From: an uncultured Clostridium sp.
Lineage (GTDB): Bacteria; Bacillota; Clostridia; TANB77; CAG-508
Assembly: GCA_946411515.1 (NCBI GenBank)
Contig: CAMKEH010000006.1
Location: 3,560-67,559 of the forward strand
Length of the DNA stretch: 64,000 bases
Direction of reading: 5' to 3'
The position numbers and the translations under genes are program-made. The notes under the pieces were generated by a model. That model was not told where the DNA came from and did no database searches. It worked only from the letters and a program-made list of their open reading frames with translations. Positions 1 through 10,508 of this stretch are shown one piece after another. The number at the start of each line of letters is the position of its first letter. The first letter of the stretch is position 1.

Positions 1-197
1 TTTACATTATCTATATTTTTTTCTTTTAATATTTTTCTAAAAGTTTCAAGAATTTGAGGAGATTTAGAAGAAGTACAACCAGTACCATGACAAACTAAAA
101 TGTGTTTTTCACGAGTATCTGCTTTTGTATTTATTCTTAAATCTAATTCTTTTTTCTTTTCTTCTCTAATTTTATGAATTTCTGCTAATGTTTTCAT
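1..197 (-). CDS. NuoF/HydB-like flavoprotein subunit of FeFe-hydrogenase/NADH dehydrogenase, N-terminal fragment (gene runs off the window)
   Basis: ATG at 195-197 (minus) behind a GGAGGGA SD. The visible ~65 codons read MKTLAEIHKIREEKK...HILVCHGTGCTSS, a thioredoxin-like 2Fe-2S module. It lies directly downstream of a NuoE-like gene. Confidence 0.5.
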   Translation of the reverse strand, partial: MKTLAEIHKIREEKKKELDLRINTKADTREKHILVCHGTGCTSSKSPQILETFRKILKEKNIDNV

Positions 198-198
198 T

Positions 199-702
199 CT
201 ATCCCTCCTGTTCCAATAATTCATCTAATACTTTATCTAATTGTTGTACAGTTGCTTTTCCATATACTTCACCATTCACAGTAAATACAGGAGCTAATCC
301 ACATGCTCCAACACATCTAGTTTGGTCAATTGTAAATAATCCATCTTCTGTTGTTTGTCCTGCTTCAATTTTTAGTCTTTCTGATAGTCTATCCATTATT
401 TTTTGTGAACCTTTAACAAAACATGCTGTTCCTAAACATACTGATATTTTATATTTTCCTTGTGGTTCTAATGAAAATCTTGAATAGAATGTTATAACTC
501 CATAGATTTCCGCCATTGGGATTTTTAAAAATTTAGATAGTTCTTCTTGAACATACATTGGAACATATCCATAGTGGTCTTGAACCTCATTTAGCATTTG
601 AATTAAATTGTCTTTGTCTGGTTTATATGTAGCACATAATTCTTTTAAGAATTTGTCTTCACAACCACATTGACAACTATTGCATTTTGAATCTTTATTC
701 AT
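199..702 (-). CDS. NuoE/HndA-like 2Fe-2S thioredoxin-like ferredoxin subunit (hydrogenase/NADH dehydrogenase 24-kDa type)
   Basis: 167-aa ORF with the family Cys pattern (...SVCLGTACFVKG...DQTRCVGACGLAPV...) and the motif LNEVQDHYGYVP. Confidence 0.8.
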   Translation of the reverse strand: MNKDSKCNSCQCGCEDKFLKELCATYKPDKDNLIQMLNEVQDHYGYVPMYVQEELSKFLKIPMAEIYGVITFYSRFSLEPQGKYKISVCLGTACFVKGSQKIMDRLSERLKIEAGQTTEDGLFTIDQTRCVGACGLAPVFTVNGEVYGKATVQQLDKVLDELLEQEG

Positions 703-853
703 AAAACTTCCTCCTACTTAATAATATTTATTAAAGTGCTGTGTAGATTATATCAAAAGAATAAAATTTATACAATAATTTTTTAAATTTTTACGTTTTT
801 CTTAAAATAATGACAATATTCTACACAATATTATAAATAAAAGGAGGGATTTT

Positions 854-1339
854 ATGGGATATTCAAGTTATAGTTCTTCATATTATGGACATTATCCTAC
901 AACTAGTTCTAATGATGTTTTTTCTATTTTAAGTAAAACTTTGGGTGGTTTTTTTGTTTTATTTCTAATTATCACAATTGCACTTATTGTTTTACAAATT
1001 ATTGCTAATTGGAAAATATTTACTAAAGCTGGTGAAAAAGGATGGAAATCAATTATTCCATTTTACAATATCGCTATTCTATATAAGATTTCAAATATGT
1101 CACCTTGGCTTGTTTTGGTATACATTGGAACATTAATACCAATATTAAATATCTTTGCAGCTATTGCACTTTATGTCTTCAATTTATATCAAAAAATTAA
1201 TTTGGCTAAAGGATTTAAAAAAGAAACAGGTTTTACTGTTGGAATGATTGTATTACCTACAATATATAGTTTAATACTAGGACTTGGTGATTCAAAATAC
1301 ATAGGATTTGAAAATGAAGAAACAGAAAAAATAAACTAA
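854..1339 (+). CDS. DUF5684-like small membrane protein
   Basis: 161-aa ORF behind an AAGGAGG SD. It has several TM segments and the motif KAGEKGWKSIIPFYNIAILYKI typical of that family. Confidence 0.55.
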   Translation: MGYSSYSSSYYGHYPTTSSNDVFSILSKTLGGFFVLFLIITIALIVLQIIANWKIFTKAGEKGWKSIIPFYNIAILYKISNMSPWLVLVYIGTLIPILNIFAAIALYVFNLYQKINLAKGFKKETGFTVGMIVLPTIYSLILGLGDSKYIGFENEETEKIN

Positions 1340-1412
1340 GCTATATAAAAATATTAAATATAAAAACAACAGAGAAACTTTTTATAAGTATCTCTGTTGT
1401 TAAATCAATCAA

Positions 1413-2189
1413 TCAATTGTGCGGAGCCAATATTTTGCCATTAACGGTAATACTGTCATGAGCTTCAATATTATATGCATCCAAGTTTCCACCCACTTGA
1501 ATTACAGATGTTTCTATAGATGTATCACTTGTGCAATTGTTACCAGCAATAATCTTACTTGCAACAATCTTTGAGCAATAAATTGAACCTCTGACATAAA
1601 TATCATTTTCAACGTTTACACCTAAAAAAGAGGCATTAGTATTATCAAATGATAAGTCACCTAATACGTTTACATTTTTCGCAAAAATGTTTTCACATAT
1701 AAGATCGCCTCTTACATCAATGTACGTAGCTGATACCTTATATTCAGATGTGAGATTTCCTCTTACGATAAGATCATATTCAGTAGATGCTTCTAGACAT
1801 GCTAAGTCTCCAGCAATTTTTAAATTTCTTGCATTAATATTACTATAAGTTTTCATGTCTCCCTTTACTTCTAAAGAGAGATATTTCATACTTACAGATT
1901 TTTCGCAATAGAAATTTCCTTGTACTGTTAGATTTATCTGCTTTAATTTAGATAAATCCATATTTTTCTCATCAATAAGTTCTATCAGGTTTCCGATAAT
2001 ATGAACTTCATTGAAAAGCCACATATCAGAATATCCAAAGTTTAACACATCTTCCTCTAAAATTATTAGATCACCATTAATAAAAATTGGACCGCTAAAC
2101 CCAGCAGGTATAGCTGTTACTAAATCTGAAATTGTAATATCGTTATTAATTTCAATTCGTTGATTGATTATTTTCCGTTCTTTACTCAT
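1413..2189 (-). CDS. Hypothetical beta-helix-like repeat protein (bactofilin-like periodic GDL/GNL repeats)
   Basis: The ORF was trimmed to the ATG at 2187-2189 (SD GGAAGGTG). It has a ~20-25-aa periodic V/I-x-G-D/N-L repeat. It contains an in-frame CGG read as Arg (MSKERK). Confidence 0.45.
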   Translation of the reverse strand: MSKERKIINQRIEINNDITISDLVTAIPAGFSGPIFINGDLIILEEDVLNFGYSDMWLFNEVHIIGNLIELIDEKNMDLSKLKQINLTVQGNFYCEKSVSMKYLSLEVKGDMKTYSNINARNLKIAGDLACLEASTEYDLIVRGNLTSEYKVSATYIDVRGDLICENIFAKNVNVLGDLSFDNTNASFLGVNVENDIYVRGSIYCSKIVASKIIAGNNCTSDTSIETSVIQVGGNLDAYNIEAHDSITVNGKILAPHN

Positions 2190-2411
2190 GTAAAAAACAC
2201 CTTCCTTGTAAAAAATTATTTTTCCTATGCTGACCACAAACAAAATTTGTTCCATAAGATGCAAAAAACAAGTATTACTACAAAGCTTTTGCAATTAATT
2301 ATTATAGCACATTTTTATATTAATTGCAAACACTAATTAATCCTTATGTTCAATTTTAATCAAAAAATCAAATTTATTAACAATACTTAAATATAATATA
2401 GAAAGAGAAAC

Positions 2412-2435
2412 AGGGAGTGAAATTCTTCACTCCCT
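2412..2435 (-). terminator. Rho-independent terminator after the GGDEF gene
   Basis: Perfect 10-bp stem AGGGAGTGAA/TTCACTCCCT, followed on the minus strand by a T-rich run. Confidence 0.6.
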
Positions 2436-2452
2436 TGCATGTAAATTAGATT

Positions 2453-3598
2453 TTATTCAGTTTTTTGTTTTTTCTTGTTAGCATACATCCTCTTATCAGC
2501 AATTTTGATTACTTCTTTTATTGTATCATGTTTGAATTCATCATTATTTTCATAATAAATCCCATAACCTATTGAAACTCCAGATTTTAACATTGAATAC
2601 TCATCATATTCTTGAGCCAATAAGTTTTTAAAAGATTCATTTAAATTTTCTATTGCCTTATACTTATCATACCTTTGTTTACCATTTTTCATAATTTCTT
2701 CTAGTTTTCCACGCTTTAATATTACACAAAACTCATCACCACCTATACGATAACAATGAGCATATTTTCCATATGACTTTAATATATTTTTTGCTATTAC
2801 TTTTAATATTTCATCTCCAAATTGATGACCGTATTGGTCATTAATTTCTTTGAAATAGTTAGCATCTAATATAATAATTGCTGTCATATAGTCAATTTTT
2901 TTCAAGCGATTTTGGTAAGATTTCCGATTAAGCAGATTTGTAAGTGGATCTACTTTTAATACCAAATCACTATAATAGATAATAAATTGTAACAAAGCTA
3001 TTGTAACTAGTAACCAGTCTGTATGAATATCTTCATTAAATAATTCAATTAAGAAACCAGCCACTAAGAAAACCAAAATTGAAATTAAGGTAATAACATT
3101 TCTACTTTGATATTTTCTTGTATTTTTAAGTAATTTAACAATAAAAAATATTATTCCTGCTAAATACATAATAGTGTAAAAATGATAGAAAAATGCATGC
3201 CTATATATATTATTTTCATCGATATAAAATATACATGGTGTAAATATACTAATAAATTCACAAATACCATTTATAATCAAAATCGACAAAATAGTTATTT
3301 GCACTTTCCTGTTTGTATTTCTTCTTTCTACTATCTTTGTAAATAGAATTGGAATAATAGGAGCTATTGTAAGTTCAATAGCCTTGATAATCCCATGAAT
3401 TATAATGAATTTTGAGTTTGTTTCATTAAGATATAATCCTAGGAACTCACACATACTTCCGATAGCAATCAAAATTGCAATTATGCCTATTTTCTTTTTT
3501 ACTTTACGCGATAATGTCTCATTATCACGTAGATGAATAATTATCACTCCTAATGTCATTAAAGTTATAAAAACTATTGCTGAATAATACCGTTCCAT
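2453..3598 (-). CDS. Membrane-anchored GGDEF-domain diguanylate cyclase
   Basis: Multi-TM N-terminus followed by PLTNLLNRKSY...YRIGGDEFCVIL. Start taken at MERYY (ATG 3596-3598, SD AAAGGAG). It contains two in-frame CGG=Arg codons. Confidence 0.85.
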   Translation of the reverse strand: MERYYSAIVFITLMTLGVIIIHLRDNETLSRKVKKKIGIIAILIAIGSMCEFLGLYLNETNSKFIIIHGIIKAIELTIAPIIPILFTKIVERRNTNRKVQITILSILIINGICEFISIFTPCIFYIDENNIYRHAFFYHFYTIMYLAGIIFFIVKLLKNTRKYQSRNVITLISILVFLVAGFLIELFNEDIHTDWLLVTIALLQFIIYYSDLVLKVDPLTNLLNRKSYQNRLKKIDYMTAIIILDANYFKEINDQYGHQFGDEILKVIAKNILKSYGKYAHCYRIGGDEFCVILKRGKLEEIMKNGKQRYDKYKAIENLNESFKNLLAQEYDEYSMLKSGVSIGYGIYYENNDEFKHDTIKEVIKIADKRMYANKKKQKTE

Positions 3599-3898
3599 TT
3601 TACATACTCCTTTCATATAGTATTAATTCATTTGAAATAACTATTTATAATATTAATGCCTGAATATTATAACATTTATTTTAAAAATTGCAAGTATTAT
3701 TATGATGATAAATTTTAAAAATACACAAAAACGACACTTACATAATGTAAATGCCGCTTTTGTATATTAATTCCTAGTTTTTATATACCAAGAAGCAGTA
3801 GTAAGCCATTTTCCAAAACCAGATAAAATAATATCTTCATATTAAAGTAATTAATTTATTCATATAAATTTACTCCATTCTATTTTATTATCAGCCTT

Positions 3899-4807
3899 TT
3901 AATTCATTTGAACTTTTCCTACTATCTCTTCTATATTTTCTATACTATTTTTATTCATATAGTTTTCTATACCTTTTATAGTTTCAATGCTTGTATAAGG
4001 ATCTATAAAGTTTCCTGCTCCAATTGAAATAGCTTTTGCTCCAGCTAACATAAATTCAATTGCATCTTCTCCATTTATAATTCCTCCCATTCCAAGTATT
4101 GGAATATTTACAGCTTGAGCTACTTGATATACCATTCTTACCGCTACTGGTTTAATAGCAGGTCCAGACAGTCCTCCTGTATTATTTGCTAAAATTGGCC
4201 TTTTGGTATTTATATCTATTTTCATCCCAAGTAAGGTATTAATTAGTGATACTCCATCTGCTCCTGCATCTTCTGCTCCTTTTGCAATTGATGCAATATC
4301 TGTTACATTAGGTGTTAATTTAACAATTAAAGGTTTATCTAATACTTTTCTAACTTGTTTTGTTATTTCTTTAACACCTTCATATGTATTTCCAAAAGCC
4401 ATACATCCTGCTTTAACATTTGGACAAGATAAATTTAATTCAACTCCATCTATATCTAAAGTATTTAATATCTTGCAAAGTTCAACATATTCATCTATTG
4501 TACTTCCACATGCATTTACTATAATTGCTGTATCAAATTTCTTTAAAAATGGTAAGTCATATTCTGCAAAATACTCTACTCCAGGATTTTGAAGTCCTAT
4601 ACTATTTAGCATTCCACTTGCTGTCTCACATACTCTAGGGGGTTTATTTCCGCTTCTAGGTTTTAAAGAAGTACCTTTTGTAATTATCCCTCCTAATTTA
4701 CTTAAATCAAAAAAGTCACTATATTCTCTTCCATAACCAAAAGTACCAGAAGCAACAGTTACTGGATTTTTCATTTTAATTCCCGCAAAATTAATTTTAG
4801 TATTCAT
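3899..4807 (-). CDS. pyrD: Dihydroorotate dehydrogenase (class 1B) catalytic subunit
   Basis: 302-aa ORF with SGTFGYG, NLSCPN and GGLSGPAIKP motifs, in a pyr gene cluster. Confidence 0.9.
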   Translation of the reverse strand: MNTKINFAGIKMKNPVTVASGTFGYGREYSDFFDLSKLGGIITKGTSLKPRSGNKPPRVCETASGMLNSIGLQNPGVEYFAEYDLPFLKKFDTAIIVNACGSTIDEYVELCKILNTLDIDGVELNLSCPNVKAGCMAFGNTYEGVKEITKQVRKVLDKPLIVKLTPNVTDIASIAKGAEDAGADGVSLINTLLGMKIDINTKRPILANNTGGLSGPAIKPVAVRMVYQVAQAVNIPILGMGGIINGEDAIEFMLAGAKAISIGAGNFIDPYTSIETIKGIENYMNKNSIENIEEIVGKVQMN

Positions 4808-4827
4808 TTATTCACACCTCTTTCTAC

Positions 4828-5619
4828 TTATATTTCTACATCTTTTGCTTCAAAAACTGGTCCACCTTTACATACATGCCAATATTCTGGGGCCTCTTTT
4901 GGGCTTTTAGCTGTTTTTACAGCACACCCAAGACATACTCCAAGACCACATCCCATTCTTTCTTCTAATGAAATTTGACAAGGTATGTTTTTCTCTATTG
5001 CTAATTTTCTTACAGCTTTAAGCATAGGTAAAGGTCCACATGCATAAATAGAATCTACTTTTCCTTCTTCTATATCTTTTTCTAAAAAGTTAATTGCAAA
5101 GCCTTTTTCTCTATAGCTTCCATCATCAGTTGTTAAAACAAATTTATCTGATACACTTTCAAATTCATTTTCTAACAAGACAAAATCTTTACTTCTAAAT
5201 CCTAAATATATATTAACATTTTTGTTATCCCTTTTAGCTGATTTTGCAAGCTCATATAAAGGAAATACTCCTATTCCTCCACCTATTACAGCTATATTTT
5301 GGAATTTATCATACTTAAATGTTCCACTTCCTAATGGCCCTATTATATCTATAGTTTCCCCAATAATTCTTTCAGACAAAATTTTAGTTCCTTCACCTTT
5401 TACTTGAAATATAAATTCTAAGATCCCTTTTTCTTTGTCTAAATTATGTATGCTAATAGGCCTTCTTAAAAAAGGTTCTGTATTATTTGATACTCTTATT
5501 TCAATAAAATGTCCAGGTTTTGCAATATTAACTATTTGAGGTGCTTCTACTTTAAAATGATAAATATTCTCTTTTAACTTAATCTTTTCTAATAACTTTG
5601 CTTGTAATTTTACTGGCAT
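4828..5619 (-). CDS. pyrK: Dihydroorotate dehydrogenase electron-transfer subunit
   Basis: 263-aa ORF with an FAD/NAD-binding fold (RPISI) and a C-terminal 2Fe-2S Cys cluster (MGCGLGVCLGCAV). It is adjacent to pyrD. Confidence 0.9.
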   Translation of the reverse strand: MPVKLQAKLLEKIKLKENIYHFKVEAPQIVNIAKPGHFIEIRVSNNTEPFLRRPISIHNLDKEKGILEFIFQVKGEGTKILSERIIGETIDIIGPLGSGTFKYDKFQNIAVIGGGIGVFPLYELAKSAKRDNKNVNIYLGFRSKDFVLLENEFESVSDKFVLTTDDGSYREKGFAINFLEKDIEEGKVDSIYACGPLPMLKAVRKLAIEKNIPCQISLEERMGCGLGVCLGCAVKTAKSPKEAPEYWHVCKGGPVFEAKDVEI

Positions 5620-5630
5620 AATAACCCTCC

Positions 5631-6059
5631 TTAATTATTTGTTTTATATGAGTTTACTGCATGCTGAGTTGTTATTGTTATATTTTCTGGTAATGAATTT
5701 AAATTAAACCATTTCATATCAAGATGTTTACTAGGTTCCATTATTTTAGGTTCTCCTTTTTTTATTTTGCATAAAAAACTTGGAGAAACCCAATGTTGGT
5801 TTTCTTGCTTTACTATATGATCACATATTCCTAAAAGCTTTTCTACAGTTACTTCTACATCACATTCTTCTTTTACTTCTCTTTTTACTGCATCTTCAAA
5901 TGTTTCCATCCATTCTACTTTGCCCCCTGGGATGCTCCAAAAACCTTTTTCAGGTTCCTTATTTCTTTGTTGTAATAAAACTTCATCTTTTTCATTTATT
6001 ATAAACGCTCCACATCCTACTCCAATATAATCTTTTCCTGGTTTCATTTTATTCACCAA
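5631..6059 (-). CDS. NUDIX hydrolase
   Basis: 142-aa ORF with a Nudix box (GGKVEWMETFEDAVKREVKEECDV). Confidence 0.8.
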   Translation of the reverse strand: MVNKMKPGKDYIGVGCGAFIINEKDEVLLQQRNKEPEKGFWSIPGGKVEWMETFEDAVKREVKEECDVEVTVEKLLGICDHIVKQENQHWVSPSFLCKIKKGEPKIMEPSKHLDMKWFNLNSLPENITITTQHAVNSYKTNN

Positions 6060-6986
6060 CCTTTATTACATCATTTAATTCGTTTTTCATTCTTAAAGCT
6101 TCATGTCTTGTTGCTTTGAAATATTCTTCTTCGCTAAACTTATCTTTCCATATATCAGACTTATAAGCACACATTAAACTTCTTGATGCATTTACAATTC
6201 CCCCTAAACCATTTTTATCAAATCCTAGTTTAATATCTTCTACTTTTCCTCCGCTGAGCTCCATATCCTGGTATTAAAAAAAATGTATAAGGTGCTTTTT
6301 TTCTTATATCTTTTAATTGTTCTGGATATGTTGCACCAACTACTGCAGCAATATTGCTGTACCCATATTTTCCTCTTAAGTCTTCTCCCCATTTTTCAAC
6401 TAGGCTTGCTACTTGAGAATACACTTCATTTCCATTTTCTAATTTTAAATCTTGAAGTTCTCCTGATGATGGGTTTGATGTTTTTACTAATATAAATAAT
6501 CCTTTATTATATTTTTTACAATCTTCTATAAAAGGTTTAACACAATCAGTTCCCATATATGGATTTACTGTTACAAAATCTATATCATATAAACTTTCTT
6601 CTATATCTCCAATTTTTGTTTTTCCTAAATATGCATTTGAATATCCTGCTGCAGTTGATCCTATATCACCTCTTTTTATATCTGCAATTACTATCATACC
6701 TTTTTCTTTAGCATACTTACATGTTTCTTTAAATGCTTCCATTCCCGGTATTCCGGTACATCTCGTAAAATGCAATTTGAGGTTTTATTGCTGGAATGAT
6801 ATCATATGTTGCATCTATTAAAGCTTTATTATATTCTATAATTGCTTTTGATACTCCTTCTAAAGTTTTAGGATATTTATCTGTAACACATTTAGGAAGC
6901 ATTTCGTATCTTGGATCTAATCCCATTACAGTTGGGTTGTTTAATTCTTTTATTTTTTCAATTAATTCATCAATTATATATTTCAT
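6049..6986 (-). pseudogene. pyrF: Orotidine-5'-phosphate decarboxylase (type 2), reading frame broken twice by single-C insertions
   Basis: Three consecutive ORF pieces (6729-6986, 6230-6775, 6049-6264) together give a full-length PyrF. The breaks are TAC[C]GGA (extra base ~6755) and CAG[C]GGA (6253). Removing each C restores ...FYEMYGIPGMEAF... and ...IPGYGAQGGKVED... Confidence 0.85.
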
Positions 6987-8254
6987 TTTTCATACACCAC
7001 TCTTCCGCTTACGATTGTATATTTTACTTTTCCTTTTAGTTCTTTTCCTATAAAAGGACTATTTTTTGATTTAGATACTATCATATCTTTTGTATATGTA
7101 TAAATTTCATTTGGATCAAATATTGTTATGTCTGCAATTTTTCCTTCTTCAATTGTTCCTCTATCTATTTTTAATAGTTTTGCTGGATTATAAGATGTAA
7201 GTCTTACCAAATTAAAATAGTCTAAATCTCCTGTATCTATTAGGTTCATAATCTCTGCAGATAATGCTGTTTCAAATCCTATAATACCATTTGGTGCTTT
7301 TGATAGTTCTTTGTTTTTTTCTTCTTCACTATGTGGTGCATGGTCTGTTATTATTGCGTCTATTGTTCCTTCTTTTAATCCTTCTATAATTGCTTTTCTG
7401 TCTTTTTCTTCTCTAAGTGGTGGATTCATTTTTGCGTTTGTTCCGGATTTTAATACTTCATCTTGTGTAAATGTAAAGTAATGAGGGCATGTTTCACAAG
7501 TTACTTGTACTCCTCTTTTTTTAGCATCTCTAATCATATTTTTACTTGTTTTTGTACTTATATGACAGATATGTGCTCTTACATTATTTGTTTCTGAAAT
7601 CACTATTTCTCTAGCTGCCATTATTTCTTCTGCTTCTGGAAGTACTCCTTCTACTCCTAATTTATTTGCTACTTCTCCTGCATTTATTGCTCCACTAGAT
7701 ACTGATTTTTCTTCACAGTGAGATGATACAAAGCTTCCTATTTTGTCTGCTTCTATCATGGCTTGTCTCATTATTCTACTGTTTACAACAGGCATACCAT
7801 CATCAGAAAATCCAATCGCACCAGCATTTTTCATTTCTTCAAAATCTACTAATTCTTCTCCTTTCTCACCTTTTGTTACAGATGAAAATGGAAGTATATT
7901 ACATAAATTTACTCTTTTTGCTTCTTCTATAATTTTTTGCAAAATAATAGCGCTATCTGGTGTTGGTTTTGTATTTGGCATAGGGCAAATAGTTGTAAAA
8001 CCTCCACTTACGGCGCTTTTTGCACCTGTTTCGATTGTTTCTTTATATTCAAAGCCAGGTTCTCTTAAATGGCAATGCATATCAATCATTCCAGGTATAA
8101 TATTAAATTTTGTACAGTCAATTATTCTGTCTACTTTTTCGTTTATATCTTTTGCAATTTTTTCAATCTTATTGCCATTAATCAAAATGTCTGTTATTTC
8201 ATCTCTTTTAGTCTTATAGTCAATTAATCTTCCATTTTTTAATAGTATTTTCAT
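6983..8254 (-). CDS. pyrC: Dihydroorotase
   Basis: 423-aa ORF with the metal-ligand motif DMHCHLREPG and DHAPH. Its stop overlaps the pyrF start (ATGA). Confidence 0.9.
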   Translation of the reverse strand: MKILLKNGRLIDYKTKRDEITDILINGNKIEKIAKDINEKVDRIIDCTKFNIIPGMIDMHCHLREPGFEYKETIETGAKSAVSGGFTTICPMPNTKPTPDSAIILQKIIEEAKRVNLCNILPFSSVTKGEKGEELVDFEEMKNAGAIGFSDDGMPVVNSRIMRQAMIEADKIGSFVSSHCEEKSVSSGAINAGEVANKLGVEGVLPEAEEIMAAREIVISETNNVRAHICHISTKTSKNMIRDAKKRGVQVTCETCPHYFTFTQDEVLKSGTNAKMNPPLREEKDRKAIIEGLKEGTIDAIITDHAPHSEEEKNKELSKAPNGIIGFETALSAEIMNLIDTGDLDYFNLVRLTSYNPAKLLKIDRGTIEEGKIADITIFDPNEIYTYTKDMIVSKSKNSPFIGKELKGKVKYTIVSGRVVYEK

Positions 8255-8286
8255 AAAATATTTCCTCCTTATTTTTATTTATAATA

Positions 8287-8760
8287 TCATTTATTTTTTA
8301 ATTTATCAAATATAAAATCTTCTAAATATCGTTTATTTTCATCATAGTTTTCTCTTATTTCACTTGCATTAATTGGTATAATCTTTTTTTCCATATCTAC
8401 TTGTCTATTTTTTATTTTTAAATAGCTTGAGACTTTTTCTCCATAAGGTTCACTACTATAAAAATGTGTTACAGGTATATCTTTTATTATGTTATTTAAA
8501 TATTTCATTTGAATATCTACGCTTTTATCATCTAAACCATATTGTTTTGGACTATCATAAGCAAATAAAATATGAACTTTTGGATATAACTTTTCAATCC
8601 ACTTTGCTCTTTCTTTTACATCAATATCTATTACATCTGTATCATAAATAACACAATACACTTCATCCATTTCTTTTATTGCAGTTTCTAATAATAATTG
8701 ATGTCCTTTATGTAATGGAGCAAATTTTCCTATAGTAAAACCTATATTTTTATTACTCAT
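8287..8760 (-). CDS. Cytidylyl/adenylyltransferase-family protein (NadR-NMNAT-like)
   Basis: 157-aa ORF with the nucleotidyltransferase signature GKFAPLHKGHQ. Confidence 0.6.
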   Translation of the reverse strand: MSNKNIGFTIGKFAPLHKGHQLLLETAIKEMDEVYCVIYDTDVIDIDVKERAKWIEKLYPKVHILFAYDSPKQYGLDDKSVDIQMKYLNNIIKDIPVTHFYSSEPYGEKVSSYLKIKNRQVDMEKKIIPINASEIRENYDENKRYLEDFIFDKLKNK

Positions 8761-8887
8761 ATATTTTTAACTCCTATTTATTTTTTAAAATTATATCATA
8801 TTTGATTTAACGTTTCAATTTTCAATTGACAAAAAATGCTTTTTTATTTAAAATGTTCTTAGAATTTTAATTTAGGAGGAATTAAAT

Positions 8888-9742
8888 ATGTCAAATATTA
8901 TATCTTACTTATTTGAAACAAATGCAATTAGATTTTGTGAAGAAAATAAACCTTTTTGGTATACTTCAGGAAAAATAGGACCTTACTTTATTAATACTCA
9001 TTTTATTTATGGTAGCGAAAAAGAAGCAAACGATCTTTTATCTTTTATAGATAGTTCTTTATCAGATAAGATGACTTTACCAAAGAAAGTTTTTGATAAA
9101 GTTTTAAAACAATATAATGAAAATAAAATATATCATGATGTAATCGAAAATATAAAGTCTTATATAGAAGAAAATATTGATGTAAATGAAATTGACTATA
9201 TTTCTGGTGGTGAAAGAAGAGATTGGTTTTTCTCTAATATTATTGCATATTTGTTAAAAAAGCCTCATATTACAATTTATAAAGATTTATCGACTGTAGT
9301 AAGTGATTATGATTTTTCTAATACTTACGAATTATCTAATTTAGAAGGTAAAAAAGTATTACATGTAGCTGATTTAATAACTGTTGCTTCTAGTTATATT
9401 CGTGCTTGGATACCAGCTATTAAAAATTTAGGAGCAAATATTTTATGGTCTTGTGTTGTTGTAGATAGGATGCAAGGTGGTAAAGAAAAATTAGAAGCAG
9501 AAGGTGTAAAATCTCTATCTTTAGTAAATGTTGATACTAATCTTTTTAAAAATGCTTTAGATATGGGAATTATAAATGAAAATCAATTAGAATTATTAAA
9601 TAATTTCTTTAAAGATCCTGATAATTGTATGAGAGAATTTTTAATTAATCATCCAGAATTTTTAGAAAATGCTTTGAATTCTGATGAAAAAACTGTAAAA
9701 AGAGCTAAATTATTAGTTGATGGAAACTTATATAATTTATAA
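8888..9742 (+). CDS. Orotate phosphoribosyltransferase-like protein (long PyrE-family form)
   Basis: 284-aa ORF. The N-terminus LFETNAIRFCEENKPFWYTSGKIGPYF resembles PyrE, and there is a PRPP-loop-like VLHVADLITVASS. A TTGACA-17-TAAAAT promoter lies at 8826-8854. Confidence 0.5.
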   Translation: MSNIISYLFETNAIRFCEENKPFWYTSGKIGPYFINTHFIYGSEKEANDLLSFIDSSLSDKMTLPKKVFDKVLKQYNENKIYHDVIENIKSYIEENIDVNEIDYISGGERRDWFFSNIIAYLLKKPHITIYKDLSTVVSDYDFSNTYELSNLEGKKVLHVADLITVASSYIRAWIPAIKNLGANILWSCVVVDRMQGGKEKLEAEGVKSLSLVNVDTNLFKNALDMGIINENQLELLNNFFKDPDNCMREFLINHPEFLENALNSDEKTVKRAKLLVDGNLYNL

Positions 9743-9768
9743 AAGTAAAAAGAAGCGGTTCTATATTA

Positions 9769-10312
9769 TTATATAGCTGCTTCTTTTTTGTTATTTATTA
9801 TTCTATTACATCCTACTACTGTACTATTCTCAGGTATATTTTTTAAAACTATACTATTTGCTCCAATTTTTACGTTATTTCCTATATTTATTGGTCCGAA
9901 GTATTTTCGCACCTGAGCCTACCATTACATTATTTCCTAAATCAGGGTGTCTTTTATTTTTATCTTTACCAGTACCACCTAATGTAGAATTATGATAAAT
10001 TGTACAGTCATTTCCAATAGTTGAAGTTTCTCCTATTACTATTCCCATTCCATGATCTATAAATAATCTTCTTCCAATTTTAGCACCTGGATGTATTTCT
10101 ATTCCTGTAAAAAATCTTCCAATTTGAGAAACTAGTCTTGATAAAAATATCAATTTATGCTTATACAAAAAATGCGCTAATCTATGAAATATTAATATAT
10201 GAAATCCAGGATAAAGGATAATTACTTCTAATATACTTTTGCATGCCGGATCTTTTTTCTTTATATTTTTGGCATCTTCATATAATCCTTTTAAAAATAA
10301 CATACATATCAC
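9769..10312 (-). pseudogene. cysE: Serine O-acetyltransferase, frame broken by one C insertion
   Basis: A hexapeptide-repeat ORF that ends prematurely at ...[12 protein letters not shown]. Deleting the C in CTT[C]GGA (extra base 9898) restores ...[27 protein letters not shown]... through to a stop at 9769. Confidence 0.8.
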
Positions 10313-10388
10313 CTTTATATAATATGTGTATTTATTAAATTATTCTTATAAAAATTCAAAATAAATTTGATAATATCTACTACTTTTC

Positions 10389-10417
10389 TTGATTTATTTA
10401 ACATAAAGTGATATAAT
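10389..10417 (+). promoter_or_regulatory. Sigma-A-type promoter of cassette 1
   Basis: TTGATT, a 17-nt spacer, then TGaTATAAT (extended -10). Confidence 0.6.
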
Positions 10418-10508
10418 TTTTTATCGGTAAATGCATTTTAAGGACAGTTTTATGATGTTCTTATTTACCTTAAAAAATTTGTGCTAGTCATTTTTACAGG
10501 AGGATTAC

